Of a DNA stretch of 64,000 bases, positions 9,545 through 19,132 are shown in pieces. How positions within the stretch are numbered: the stretch's first letter is position 1; every line of letters begins with the position of its first letter. The notes beneath the pieces were generated by a model, which saw nothing but the letters and a program-made list of their open reading frames with translations, had not been told where the DNA came from and made no database searches. Both the position numbers and the translations under genes were made by a program. This DNA comes from a bacterium (GTDB lineage Bacteria > UBA8248). Location of the stretch: the NCBI GenBank assembly GCA_965213685.1, contig CBDBZY010000005.1:1-64000 (forward strand), in the 5' to 3' direction.

Positions 9545-10708
9545 CTAGCGCGCCTCGAAAAACCTGCGCCTCGCGTGGTCCTCGCCGAACCCGCCGTTCA
9601 GGGCGTCGCGCAGCCAGTCCGCCACCATGAGGTAGAAATCGGGCAGGCGGCCGCCCATCGTGTGGGTTTCGTTCTCGTAGATCCACAGCTCCTTGGCGCC
9701 GCCCAGCAAATCGAAGAGCCGCTCGGCGTCCTCCAGCGGACACAACTCGTCAAACTCGCCCATCGCCAGAAGGGTGGGACACCGCACCTCGCCCGCGATG
9801 GGCGCGAGCGTCATCCGCTCGGCCATGGCGTCGAAGGCGTCCTCGTCGTAGGTGTTGGACATATACATGTAGTTCGCGCGGTAGGCGGGCTTTGCGCGCT
9901 GGAAAATATCCTCCTTCTGCAGATAGACGCCCATCGCGCCCACGCAGGCTTTCAGGCGCCGGTCGCAGGCCGCGGCGCGCGGCGCCCAGTAGCTGCCCAT
10001 GCTCCAGCCGTATAACCCGATTCTCCGGGCGTCCACCTCGGGGCGGGACTCCAGAAAATCGATGGCCGCCGCTCCCGCGCGCTCGAAATTGTCGAGCGTC
10101 ACCCAGTTCTCGCGCAGGTTGCTCTCGCCCTGGCCGGGGCCGTCGACGCTGAGCGTGGCGAGGCCGCGGCGCCGAAAATGGTTGTGGTAGGGATTCGGGA
10201 AAAACTCCTTGATGGTGTCCATCCCGGGAACGACGATGACGCAGGGCGCCCCCTCCACCCCCGGGACGGGCTGAAATATGCCGGGGATGGTCTTTCCTCC
10301 CTCGAAAGGAATTTCCACGCGCTCGACGGGCGCCTCGTCGAACAACTCGATGAATTTTTCATAGCAAGCGACGAGCCTGGCGTAGAGTTCGCGCTTTCGG
10401 ACCGTATTCTTGTGGATGACGCCGCAGGCGGGGCCGTAATACAAGGCGGCCCTGTGATAGAACTCGGCGGCCGATTCCCTGTGGCCGGCGGCCTCGGCCT
10501 CCCGCGCGAGCGCCTCCTCCTGGGCGGCGGTGCGCGCCCACTCCTTGGGCACGGCACCGGGCGTCCGTATGCGTTCGGTGGTTCTTCTCACGTCGGCGGG
10601 CCGGAAGCCCCACTCGACATACATCACCGAGCGAAAGGCGTAGACGTCGTGCACCTTGTAGAACTCTTCGGTCACCCACTGGTGACCCCGGCGGCTCCTG
10701 TCGCTCAT
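9545..10708 (-). CDS. Alpha/beta hydrolase (2,6-dihydroxypseudooxynicotine hydrolase-like)
   Basis: PGMDTIKE, DGPGQGES, GWSMGSY nucleophile elbow; start MSDRS overlaps the upstream stop. Confidence 0.85.
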   Translation of the reverse strand: MSDRSRRGHQWVTEEFYKVHDVYAFRSVMYVEWGFRPADVRRTTERIRTPGAVPKEWARTAAQEEALAREAEAAGHRESAAEFYHRAALYYGPACGVIHKNTVRKRELYARLVACYEKFIELFDEAPVERVEIPFEGGKTIPGIFQPVPGVEGAPCVIVVPGMDTIKEFFPNPYHNHFRRRGLATLSVDGPGQGESNLRENWVTLDNFERAGAAAIDFLESRPEVDARRIGLYGWSMGSYWAPRAAACDRRLKACVGAMGVYLQKEDIFQRAKPAYRANYMYMSNTYDEDAFDAMAERMTLAPIAGEVRCPTLLAMGEFDELCPLEDAERLFDLLGGAKELWIYENETHTMGGRLPDFYLMVADWLRDALNGGFGEDHARRRFFEAR

Positions 10709-11439
10709 CGGGAAACCTGGGCGCGTCCGGCCGGGGCCAGATGCGCGCGCATCAAGGCGCCGCCGGCGCTCCCCTGGCCCTCGAAGCCCGCCGTCCGGAG
10801 CGTGTGCCAGAGCGCCGTGGTGTTGCTCGTCAGCACGGGCTTTCCGAGCGAGGCCTCCAGCGCGTCGACCGCTTCGAGAGACCGGAAATTCGTGCAGCTG
10901 ACGAAGACGCCATCCGCCTCCGGGCAATCCACCTCGCGCGCAAGGGCCTCGGCGTTCTCCGGCGGCAAAAAGGCGGGGCACTCGACGTCCCGCCCCTTCT
11001 CGGCCACCACCTCGATCCCCCGATTCTTCAGGAACGCGCACAGCCTGTCGTTGAGCCATTGCGGATAGGGCGAGGCGAGCGCCACCCTGGCGACGCCCAT
11101 CTCGCCCATGGCCTCCGCGAGGGCGGTGGCGGTCGTCGTGGCGGGAATCCCCGTCCTCTGCCGGATCGCCTCGATGATGTCCGCATCCATGCCCGGGCGG
11201 ACGAAGCTGCCCCCCGTGCAGCCGAAACAAATCGCGTCCGGGCGCGCATGGGCGAGCAGATCGGCCAGCTCCGGCACCGCCTCTATCATGTGCAAAAGGG
11301 TTTCCTCCGCATCGTCCGTGTGGGCGATTCGGGTGAAATGAAGCGACACGCCCGCCGGCGCCATGCGCTGGCACTCATACTCCATCACCGTATTCCAGGA
11401 TGGAACGATGAAGCCCAACTTCTTCTTCCAGTCCGCCAT
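10705..11439 (-). CDS. Maleate cis-trans isomerase / Asp-Glu racemase family protein
   Basis: LGFIVPSWNTVME, FGCTGGS and SCTNF two-Cys motifs, PVLTSN. Confidence 0.88.
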   Translation of the reverse strand: MADWKKKLGFIVPSWNTVMEYECQRMAPAGVSLHFTRIAHTDDAEETLLHMIEAVPELADLLAHARPDAICFGCTGGSFVRPGMDADIIEAIRQRTGIPATTTATALAEAMGEMGVARVALASPYPQWLNDRLCAFLKNRGIEVVAEKGRDVECPAFLPPENAEALAREVDCPEADGVFVSCTNFRSLEAVDALEASLGKPVLTSNTTALWHTLRTAGFEGQGSAGGALMRAHLAPAGRAQVSR

Positions 11440-11796
11440 GGGATGTCCTCCGGCGCGAGGGGTTCGGGTTCGCACGTAGTTCCGGAAATCATAGGGAAGA
11501 CGGGGACGCGCGTCCATCGCGCGGCATGGAGGAGGCGCGCGGCCGCCATGCGGGAGAAGGCGGGACGCATCGTCGCCGCCCAACCGAAAGGGGCGGCTCT
11601 CGCGAGCCGCCCCCTCATCATGCGCCGGCGCGTTCCGGGCGCGGGAGGCGCCGCAAGCGGGATACGCCGGACGCGCCGCCCGGACTCCCGCCCCGCCATG
11701 CTCGGGACGGGACGAAAGCCTAGTCCGCTCCCCGCGCCGGCGGGCCCGCTGATCAGCAGATCCGCCCCGCCGCCACGGTCAGGGCGGGATGAAAGC

Positions 11797-13017
11797 CTAG
11801 TCCGCCCCCGCCAGCTCCTTGAACTCCTCCATCGTGAGCAGTCGGTGCAGGTTCAAGGACTTTTCCTTGACGTCCATCAGGAGCGCCATCTTCTCCTCCT
11901 CGGACGCCTGGATGCCCAGCTGATCGAGGAACAGGTTGATGGAGTCGATGCCGCTGCCCTTGCCGATGACGGGCTCGGGCTCCTTCTGGCCGACGAGGCC
12001 GGCGCGGAAGGGCACGAGCTCCGTCGGGAAGTCCTTCTCGCAGTTCTTCAGCCAGCTCACGATGATGCCGCTCTCGATGTCGTAGAGCCGCTCGCCCACC
12101 ACGCAGCGGTTGGGCGCCAGGCTGATCCGCCCGCACTCCTGCACCAGCCGCGACACCTCGGTGAACTTCTCCGTTTTCAGTCCCATGTCCACGTCGTACA
12201 TGGTCAGCATCGCCAGGGCGAGCTCCTCGTAGGCCGCGTTGCCCGCCCGCTCGCCGACGCCGCTCACGGAAGTCTGCGCCACCTGGCAACCCTCGGCCAT
12301 CGCCATCAGGGTGTTCGCCACGCCCATCCCGTAGTCATCGTGAAAATGGGGCTCGAAAGGCTCGTCCGGGAACACCTCGCGCATCTTCCGGATGACGTAG
12401 GGCACGGTGTGCGGACTCAGCACGCCGAAGGTGTCCACAATCGCCAGCGCGTCCATGTGGCCTTCGGTCGCCACCTTCTTGAGCAGGCCCAGCACCCAGT
12501 CGAGCGGGGCGCGGGAGAAGTCGATGGGGAAAAACACGGTGTAGAGGCCGCACTCCTTCGCCACCTGGGTGGCTTTCACGGAGGTGTCGATAGCCTTGTC
12601 GAGCTCCCACCTGTAGGCGCGCTCGATCATGTGCGTGGAGCTGGGCACCTCCATGACGACGCCCCGGACGCCGGTGTCGGCGGATCGCTTCACGTCGTCG
12701 GCCATGCAGCGCGCGAAGCTGAACACCTCGGTGTCCGTCCCCTCCAGGCGCTTGACGATCTCGCGGATCGCCGCCTCGTCGGACGGCGAAACCACCGGCA
12801 TGCCGGCCTCGATGCGGTGCACGCCGACCTCGGCGAGCGCCTCGGCGATTCGTATCTTCTCATCCTTGTTGAACATGACGCCCGCCTGCTGCTCCCCGTC
12901 GCGGAGCGTCACGTCGTGAATCTTCGGCTGCGGGTCAAACCTGATGCCTGCGGTCACCTCGCCCTCGAAATTCCACGGGCTGGTGAACCACATGTCGTTG
13001 TTCCAGGGGTCGCTCAT
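11797..13017 (-). CDS. DRE-TIM metallolyase (homocitrate/isopropylmalate/citramalate synthase-like)
   Basis: DVTLRDGEQ, HFHDDYGMGVAN, GVGERAGNA; no LeuA regulatory domain. Confidence 0.88.
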   Translation of the reverse strand: MSDPWNNDMWFTSPWNFEGEVTAGIRFDPQPKIHDVTLRDGEQQAGVMFNKDEKIRIAEALAEVGVHRIEAGMPVVSPSDEAAIREIVKRLEGTDTEVFSFARCMADDVKRSADTGVRGVVMEVPSSTHMIERAYRWELDKAIDTSVKATQVAKECGLYTVFFPIDFSRAPLDWVLGLLKKVATEGHMDALAIVDTFGVLSPHTVPYVIRKMREVFPDEPFEPHFHDDYGMGVANTLMAMAEGCQVAQTSVSGVGERAGNAAYEELALAMLTMYDVDMGLKTEKFTEVSRLVQECGRISLAPNRCVVGERLYDIESGIIVSWLKNCEKDFPTELVPFRAGLVGQKEPEPVIGKGSGIDSINLFLDQLGIQASEEEKMALLMDVKEKSLNLHRLLTMEEFKELAGAD

Positions 13018-13104
13018 ATCGCGTTCCTCCTATTCGCTTTCGCCTCCCGGGGGGGCGGCTCCCCGCCCGCGTCCCGAGAAGAAAAGGATGGCCTGGCGTG
13101 CGCC

Positions 13105-14454
13105 CTACGCGGGCAGCTCGAAGCGCGGCTCGCCGCGGGATTTCGCCGAGAAGTCAAAATACGGCGAATCCTCGATGCACTCGTCGTAATGCGAGGATCC
13201 GGTGAAGACGATGGGGCCGTCGGGGCCGACGAGCACGTTCTCCTCCAGGCGCACCGTCTGCGGAAGCCCCGGGTGTCCGGCGAACGTCTCGATGGCGAAG
13301 TACATGTTCTCCTTGATCTCCACCGGATAGTCGAGGCTGTAGGCGCGGCTGATCCACATGCCCTCATACAGGTCGAGGCCGATGGAGTGGGCGAACTGCT
13401 GGAGGGTCACCGTGCCGTACTTGTCATCGGCGTAGACGGGGAACTGGGAGGCCACGTCCTTGGAGGTCTTGCCCGGCACGAGCTGGGACATGCCCGCATA
13501 CATCGTGTCGTACACCTCCCTGTAGAGCTCCTTCTCCTTCTTCGTCCAGCCGCCGCCGCACTTGAAGCAGCGCACGTAGTCCACGAAATAGCCGCCCGGG
13601 CCGATGGCGTTGATGTCCACGACGACGAGGTCTCCGTCACGAATCATCTTGTCGGTGTGCCAGCGGCGGTAGGGGCTCGTGTTGCCGCCCGAGGCGACGA
13701 TGATGTCATAGACGAAATCAAAGCCCTCCTCGTAGAGCAAGTTGTTCACCCAGGCGGTGAGGTCGCACTCGCGGATGCCGGGCTTGAGCCACTCGTTCCT
13801 GATCTTCCACATGCAGGTGTCGCCGATGGTGGAGCTGATCTTCAGGCACTCGATCTCCTCGGGCGTCTTGATGACGCGCGCCTCGCTCATCACCGGCCAG
13901 GCGTTCACGAGGTTCACGCCCTTCTCGGTGAAGGCGCTGTAGGCCTGCATGTCCATGATGTCGATGCCGATCCGGCCGTTGAGCGGAATGTTGTTCTCCT
14001 TGAGAACGTCGATGACCGAGTCCGCCATGCGGTTCACCATCATCTGCTCGGCCGTCTCGGACCACTTCCAGGTGATGGCGGGGCGGATGTTCCCCTCGAG
14101 CCAGGGGGCGTCGATGCGGGCGCACTCATAGTCGGAGCCGGCGGTCTCGAAGAGCACCGGCGTGTCCGCCCCCCGGCAGAGCACGGCGTAGCGGATGAAG
14201 ATGTTGTTCTTCCAGTTGCCCTGGAAGACCGACGCGGTGTAGCGGATGTTCTCGCCCTTGTACATGATGATGGCGTCCATGTCGTGTTTTTCCATCATCG
14301 CCTTGGCGCGATTGAGCCTGTCGGTTCTCATCTTGTTGAAATCGACGCGGCGCTGCCAGTCGCTGCCCGTCTGGCTGTAGACGCGCCGGGGGGACTGGTA
14401 GTGCTCCTTCTGCAAGAAGTCCATCGGCATGCCCTGCTTGCTCATCTCCACCAT
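13105..14454 (-). CDS. M24 (Xaa-Pro peptidase/creatinase-fold) family protein
   Basis: KTPEEIE; metal ligands D, D, H, E, E (VVDINA, FVDYVR, HSIGL, AIET, RLEEN); AGGAGG RBS. Confidence 0.88.
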   Translation of the reverse strand: MVEMSKQGMPMDFLQKEHYQSPRRVYSQTGSDWQRRVDFNKMRTDRLNRAKAMMEKHDMDAIIMYKGENIRYTASVFQGNWKNNIFIRYAVLCRGADTPVLFETAGSDYECARIDAPWLEGNIRPAITWKWSETAEQMMVNRMADSVIDVLKENNIPLNGRIGIDIMDMQAYSAFTEKGVNLVNAWPVMSEARVIKTPEEIECLKISSTIGDTCMWKIRNEWLKPGIRECDLTAWVNNLLYEEGFDFVYDIIVASGGNTSPYRRWHTDKMIRDGDLVVVDINAIGPGGYFVDYVRCFKCGGGWTKKEKELYREVYDTMYAGMSQLVPGKTSKDVASQFPVYADDKYGTVTLQQFAHSIGLDLYEGMWISRAYSLDYPVEIKENMYFAIETFAGHPGLPQTVRLEENVLVGPDGPIVFTGSSHYDECIEDSPYFDFSAKSRGEPRFELPA

Positions 14455-14558
14455 GAAACCTCCTCCTGTGCGAAAATGGGTGGTGAATCGTTCGTGAAAC
14501 GTCTTTTCCGCCAAAACATCCGGCAATCCAAGCGGCCTGAGGCGCACCGGCGGCCCGC

Positions 14559-15293
14559 TCAGGCGCGCGGGGGCGCTCCATTCCGGGATTCGGCCAGCGC
14601 CTGCTGGAGGCGCGCGCCCTCCGCCGCCATGTGCTCCCGCATGGCGAGCGCCGCCCGTTCCGCATCGCCCGCCTCCACGGCCTCGAGCAGCTTCTCGTGC
14701 TGGCGGAGCGCCTCGCCCGGCTGGCCGGGAATCCCGATGATCCGGCGCTGGCTCTTTTCGATCAGGTCCGCGATGGCCTCCCACACCGTTCTCAAAACGG
14801 CGTTCCCCGTCGCCTCGCACAGCGCGCGGTGGCAAGCCACCCCCGCGCGCACGAACGACTCCGGCCTGTCGATGCGCTTTCGCATCTCCTCGGTATGGCC
14901 TCTCAGGGCGTCGAGCTGCGCCTGCGTCCTGCGCTCGGCGGTCAGGCGCGCGATCTGCTCCTCGAGCCCCTGGCGCACCTCCCAGAGTTCGAGCAGCGTG
15001 TCCTCCTTCACGTCGAGCAGAAACGCTAGGCTCTCGCGCACCGTGGCGAGATACGGGTCAACCGAAAGGTTGCGCAGGAAGGCGCCCTGGCCGCTTCGCA
15101 CCTCGATGAGGCCCGTGGTGTCGAGGGCGCGCAACGCCTCCCGCACGGAGGGCCGCCCGATGCCGAGCACCGCCGCGAGTTCGCGCTCGGACGGCAGGCG
15201 GTCGCCGGGCGTCAGCTCCCGCGTGCGTATGAGCTGCTGTATCTGCGCCACCACGCCTTCATAGAGCCTCGTCTTCCTCACCGGTCGAAGCAA
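14559..15293 (-). CDS. FadR/GntR family transcriptional regulator
   Basis: GDRLPSERELA..LGIGRPSVREAL HTH plus FCD domain; TTG start after AGGAGG. Confidence 0.9.
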   Translation of the reverse strand: MLRPVRKTRLYEGVVAQIQQLIRTRELTPGDRLPSERELAAVLGIGRPSVREALRALDTTGLIEVRSGQGAFLRNLSVDPYLATVRESLAFLLDVKEDTLLELWEVRQGLEEQIARLTAERRTQAQLDALRGHTEEMRKRIDRPESFVRAGVACHRALCEATGNAVLRTVWEAIADLIEKSQRRIIGIPGQPGEALRQHEKLLEAVEAGDAERAALAMREHMAAEGARLQQALAESRNGAPPRA

Positions 15294-15558
15294 GGAGCCG
15301 CCTCCTCGGGACGCGCGGGCACACCCCGCCGCACAGGCAAAACTGCGCGGGGGTTGTCGCCATTTTCGAGACCAAACCTCGAGACCCGAGATCGAACCTC
15401 GAGACCGAACCGCTTTCTGGTCAGATGGTATTACCATACTAGGCGCGGACGCCCTCCGTGTCAATCCCGAAACCGCGCACCCGTTGCCGCCGCCGTCCCC
15501 CCGGGCGTATACTGCCCTCCGCACAAAGCGCGCTTCCCCTCTTTCGCCCGCCAACGAG

Positions 15559-16416
15559 ATGATTTTGAGATTTCCCCACGCCCTGTCGGCCCACCTCTTC
15601 GCCCACGAACCGCTGCGCTTCGCCCACCTCAGAGAGGCGGCCGACGCCGGTTTCGCGAAGATCGAGCTCTGGGCGATGACGCCGCACTTCGACGCGAGCG
15701 ACAAGGCGAGGCGCAAGGCACTCCGGGGTTGGCTGGACGACCTCTCCCTGTCCGCACCCACCTTCCACGCCCCGTTCTATTCGGACTGGAGCGCGGCGAA
15801 GCAGGGGCGTTGGCTCTCCCTCGCTTCGCCCGACGCGGACGCGCGCGCGGACGCCCTCCGGAGAACGATCCGCGCCATGCGGGCACTCCGCCCCCTCGGG
15901 GCGCGGATCGCCATCCTCCATCCGGGCGCACCCTCCGCAGCCGGGGAGGCGGACGCCCCCGACGCACTGGAGGAGAGCGTCGCGCGGCTCCTGACCGTGG
16001 CGGAGGAGACGGACGCCGTCCTGGCGCTCGAGAACATACCCGCCGCCCTCGGCCGCGCGGAGCCGCTCGCCGGCTTCGTGGAGCGCGTCGACCACCCGAG
16101 GCTGAAAATCTGCATCGACACCGGCCACGCCCTCATCACCGAGAAAGAAAACGCCCAAAGCGCGGTGGAGCGCCTGGCGCCCCTGTGCGCCGCGACCCAC
16201 CTGCACGACAACGACGGGCGGAGCGACGCGCACGCCATCGCGGGGGATGGCCTCTTCGACTGGCCCTCCTTTTTCGCGACGCTCGAGGCCCGGGGCTACC
16301 GGGGGCCGCTGACCTTCGAGCTGCGCAAAAAGGACGAACCCTACCGCAAGACGCTGGAAGACCTGGCGCGCGTCATCCCGACGCTCTGCGCGCCGAACGG
16401 GCCGCACCGCCCATGA
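15559..16416 (+). CDS. Sugar phosphate isomerase/epimerase (TIM-barrel, AP endonuclease 2 fold)
   Basis: FHAPF, LALEN, ICIDTGHA, HLHDNDG..DAH, TFE. Confidence 0.85.
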   Translation: MILRFPHALSAHLFAHEPLRFAHLREAADAGFAKIELWAMTPHFDASDKARRKALRGWLDDLSLSAPTFHAPFYSDWSAAKQGRWLSLASPDADARADALRRTIRAMRALRPLGARIAILHPGAPSAAGEADAPDALEESVARLLTVAEETDAVLALENIPAALGRAEPLAGFVERVDHPRLKICIDTGHALITEKENAQSAVERLAPLCAATHLHDNDGRSDAHAIAGDGLFDWPSFFATLEARGYRGPLTFELRKKDEPYRKTLEDLARVIPTLCAPNGPHRP

Positions 16417-17432
16417 GCGCGCACCTCCCGGAGCGGGCGCGGGCGCATGAGCGCCTCATCGACCTGGCGCGCGCCCATTTCGACGCCGCCGTCTCATCGA
16501 TCGTCCCGCTGCGGGGGGACGCCTCGGACCGCGCCTACGTCCGGCTCGCCCACCCCGGCGGGGGGCGCGCCACCTCCATCGGCATGATCCTGCCCGAGGC
16601 CTTCGGGAAGGCGGCGCTCCCCTTCCTCAACGTCCAGGGACATCTGCGGGCGGTTGGCGTCAGCGTCCCCGAGGTTTTCGCGATGGACGCGGAGGCCGGC
16701 GTCATTCTCCTGGAAGACTGCGGCGAGGAGTCGCTGGAGGACGTATGGCGCCGCGGGGGACGCGCGGCGGCCCAGCCGTTCTACGCCGCCGCCCTCGACG
16801 CGATGGCCGCCATGCAGGAGGCGCCATGCGAGGACGCGCGCGCCCGGGTCGCGCTCGCGCGACGCTTCACCCCCTCGTTTTTCGCGGATGAGCTGCACCA
16901 CACGCGCAAACACGCTTTCGAGAATCTCCTGGGCATGAAAACCGACGCGCGCCGGCTGGACGGGCCGTTCCGGGAGTTGTCCGAGGAGGTGTGCCGGCAT
17001 CCGTTCCGCCTCGCCCACCGCGACTATCACAGCAGAAACCTGATGGCGGGGGATCGCCTGTTCGTCATCGACTTCCAGGACGCGCGCATGGGCCCCGTCC
17101 TCTACGATCTGGCCTCCCTGGCGTTCGACAGCTACGTCGCACTCGACGCCGCGTCGCGGGCGCGCCTCATCGACCGCTACTGGGAGACTTGCGGCCGCCG
17201 GCATTTCTCGGATAAAGAGGAATACGAGCGCGCCCTGCGCGCCACGGCCATACAGCGCAACCTCAAGGCCATCGGCACGTTCGCCTACCAGAAGGCGGCG
17301 CGCGGAGCGGATCGCTACCTCGAGAACATCCCGCACACCGTCAGGATGGTTCAGGAGCATTTTGAGAGGAGGAGCGACCTCGCCCATGTCCACGACCCGC
17401 TCAAGCGCTTTCTGGAGGCGCTCGCGCCATAG
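16413..17432 (+). CDS. amgK: AmgK-like phosphotransferase (aminoglycoside phosphotransferase family)
   Basis: LRGDASDRAYVR, HRDYHSRNLM, IDFQDARMGP..YDLASL, QRNLKAIGTF; same operon as nagZ. Confidence 0.75.
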   Translation: MSAHLPERARAHERLIDLARAHFDAAVSSIVPLRGDASDRAYVRLAHPGGGRATSIGMILPEAFGKAALPFLNVQGHLRAVGVSVPEVFAMDAEAGVILLEDCGEESLEDVWRRGGRAAAQPFYAAALDAMAAMQEAPCEDARARVALARRFTPSFFADELHHTRKHAFENLLGMKTDARRLDGPFRELSEEVCRHPFRLAHRDYHSRNLMAGDRLFVIDFQDARMGPVLYDLASLAFDSYVALDAASRARLIDRYWETCGRRHFSDKEEYERALRATAIQRNLKAIGTFAYQKAARGADRYLENIPHTVRMVQEHFERRSDLAHVHDPLKRFLEALAP

Positions 17433-17454
17433 CGCATAGAGGAGCCGCCGCCCT

Positions 17455-18042
17455 TTGGACTTGCTGAGAGCCGCTTTCGTGACCTCGGTGGAGCTGTGCC
17501 TCTACGACTTTCCGTATCCCGCCGAGATACCTCCGAGCGAGGCGCGAATCGACGTGGAGCACGTCATCCTGGAGGGCGCGTCGGCCAATCGCCACCTGAT
17601 CTCCGACGTCCAGGGAGAGCGCCTCACGGCGAGGCGCTTCGAGCGGGGCGAGAAGTGCTTCGCCGCACTGGAGAAGGGCAAGGCGGTGAGCTACATCTGG
17701 GGGGCGCGCGGCGTGGTGGGCGTGGAGGAGATCGACAAGGCCGTGAAGCCGGCGCCCACCGAAATCTATCTCTACGACGCCTTCACGCTCGAACCCTGGC
17801 GGGGGAGGAACCTCTATCCCTCCGTGCTCCGGCGCGCACTGGAGCACGGGCGGGACCTCGGACTCCGGCGCTCCCTCATCTTCGTCGAATCGGGAAACGC
17901 GGCCTCGCGGCGCGGCGTGGACAAAGCGGGATTCACCCTGTTCCAGACGCTCTACTACAACCGGTTTCTCGTCTTCAGCCGCTCCCGTCTCTCGGAGCCG
18001 GCGGCGAACCACCCCCCTGCGCGGTTCGTCGACCTGGAGTAA
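17455..18042 (+). CDS. GNAT family acetyltransferase
   Basis: YDAFTLEPWRGRNLY motif A and N-A-S-x-x-G-x-x-KAGF motif B. Confidence 0.75.
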   Translation: MDLLRAAFVTSVELCLYDFPYPAEIPPSEARIDVEHVILEGASANRHLISDVQGERLTARRFERGEKCFAALEKGKAVSYIWGARGVVGVEEIDKAVKPAPTEIYLYDAFTLEPWRGRNLYPSVLRRALEHGRDLGLRRSLIFVESGNAASRRGVDKAGFTLFQTLYYNRFLVFSRSRLSEPAANHPPARFVDLE

Positions 18043-18112
18043 CGGGCAAACCCTAGGATCGCCCGCGCGGACGAATCGTCCCCGGAGGCGCAACCGACAG
18101 GAAGGAAACCCC

Positions 18113-19132
18113 ATGCCACGAAGCTCATGCTCCGCCCTGCGGGTAGAGGTTCTCTCCTCGCCGGAGGCGTTCGCGGTACTGGAAACCGAGTGGCGCGGCC
18201 TGATGGCGCGCGCGCGCCACGCGCACCCCTTCTACGACCCCGCGTGGCACCGCTGCTGGTGGGAAAACTTCGGCGCGGGCCGGCTCTGCCTGCATGCCGT
18301 GCGCGATGAGGAGGGCGCGCTCGTGGCGGTGGCGCCCTTCGTGCTGGGCGCGGGTGGACGCTTGCGTCTCACGGGCGGCGAGGACCTCTCCGATTATCTC
18401 GACATCATCGCGGCGGACGGGGAGCACCTGGCGGCCTGGCGGGCGGTTCTCTCCGCCCTGCATGAACCGGGTGCTGCCGACTGGCGGGAAATCTCCCTGC
18501 GGGGGATTCCCGAAGACTCCCCCACCATTCCCGCCCTCGCGGAGCTGACGGAGGGTGCGGCGCTGGTGTCGCAGGAGGAGGTTTGCCCCGTCATCGCCCT
18601 GCCCTGCTCCTGGGAGGAATACGCCGCGACGCTCCACCCCAGGGATGAGCGCGACCTGCGGCGCAAGATGCGAAAAGCCGGCATGGAGGAGGGATTGGCC
18701 TATGAGCGCACGGCCTCGGCGGACGCCCTGGACGGCGACCTGGGCGACTTCATGGCGCTTCATGCGCTGAGCCAGCCGGAGAAGGCGAACTTCTGGAACC
18801 CTGCGAGGAAATCCTTCTTCCGGGACGTGTGCCGGGCGATGCGCGCACTGGGCTATCTCGACCTCACCGTCATGCGGGCGGACGGCCACCCCGTCGCCTC
18901 GAACCTCGCCTTCGACTATCGGGAGCGGATATATCTCTACAACTCCGGCTTCGACCCGGTGGAGCGCGAATTGAGCGCGGGCGTGTTGCTGCTGGCCCAC
19001 CAGATTGGCGAGGCGATTCGGGCGGGACGCTCCTCCTTCGACATGCTCCGGGGGGATGAGGCGTACAAATACCGCTTCGGCGCCCGGGACGAGCGCGTGA
19101 TGCGCGTGCGGATCGAGAGGAGCGCCCGATGA
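18113..19132 (+). CDS. GNAT family protein, CelD/BcsL-like
   Basis: SDYLD, YLYNSGFDP, SAG.LL, FDMLRGDEAYKYRFG. Confidence 0.85.
   Translation: MPRSSCSALRVEVLSSPEAFAVLETEWRGLMARARHAHPFYDPAWHRCWWENFGAGRLCLHAVRDEEGALVAVAPFVLGAGGRLRLTGGEDLSDYLDIIAADGEHLAAWRAVLSALHEPGAADWREISLRGIPEDSPTIPALAELTEGAALVSQEEVCPVIALPCSWEEYAATLHPRDERDLRRKMRKAGMEEGLAYERTASADALDGDLGDFMALHALSQPEKANFWNPARKSFFRDVCRAMRALGYLDLTVMRADGHPVASNLAFDYRERIYLYNSGFDPVERELSAGVLLLAHQIGEAIRAGRSSFDMLRGDEAYKYRFGARDERVMRVRIERSAR

Noticed and set aside
10741-15264. 1507-aa plus-strand ORF and other long antisense ORFs (19654-22281, 26709-28547, 51703-54618, 57311-59956)
   Set aside because: Shadow frames opposite well-supported genes in GC-rich DNA; no recognisable motifs
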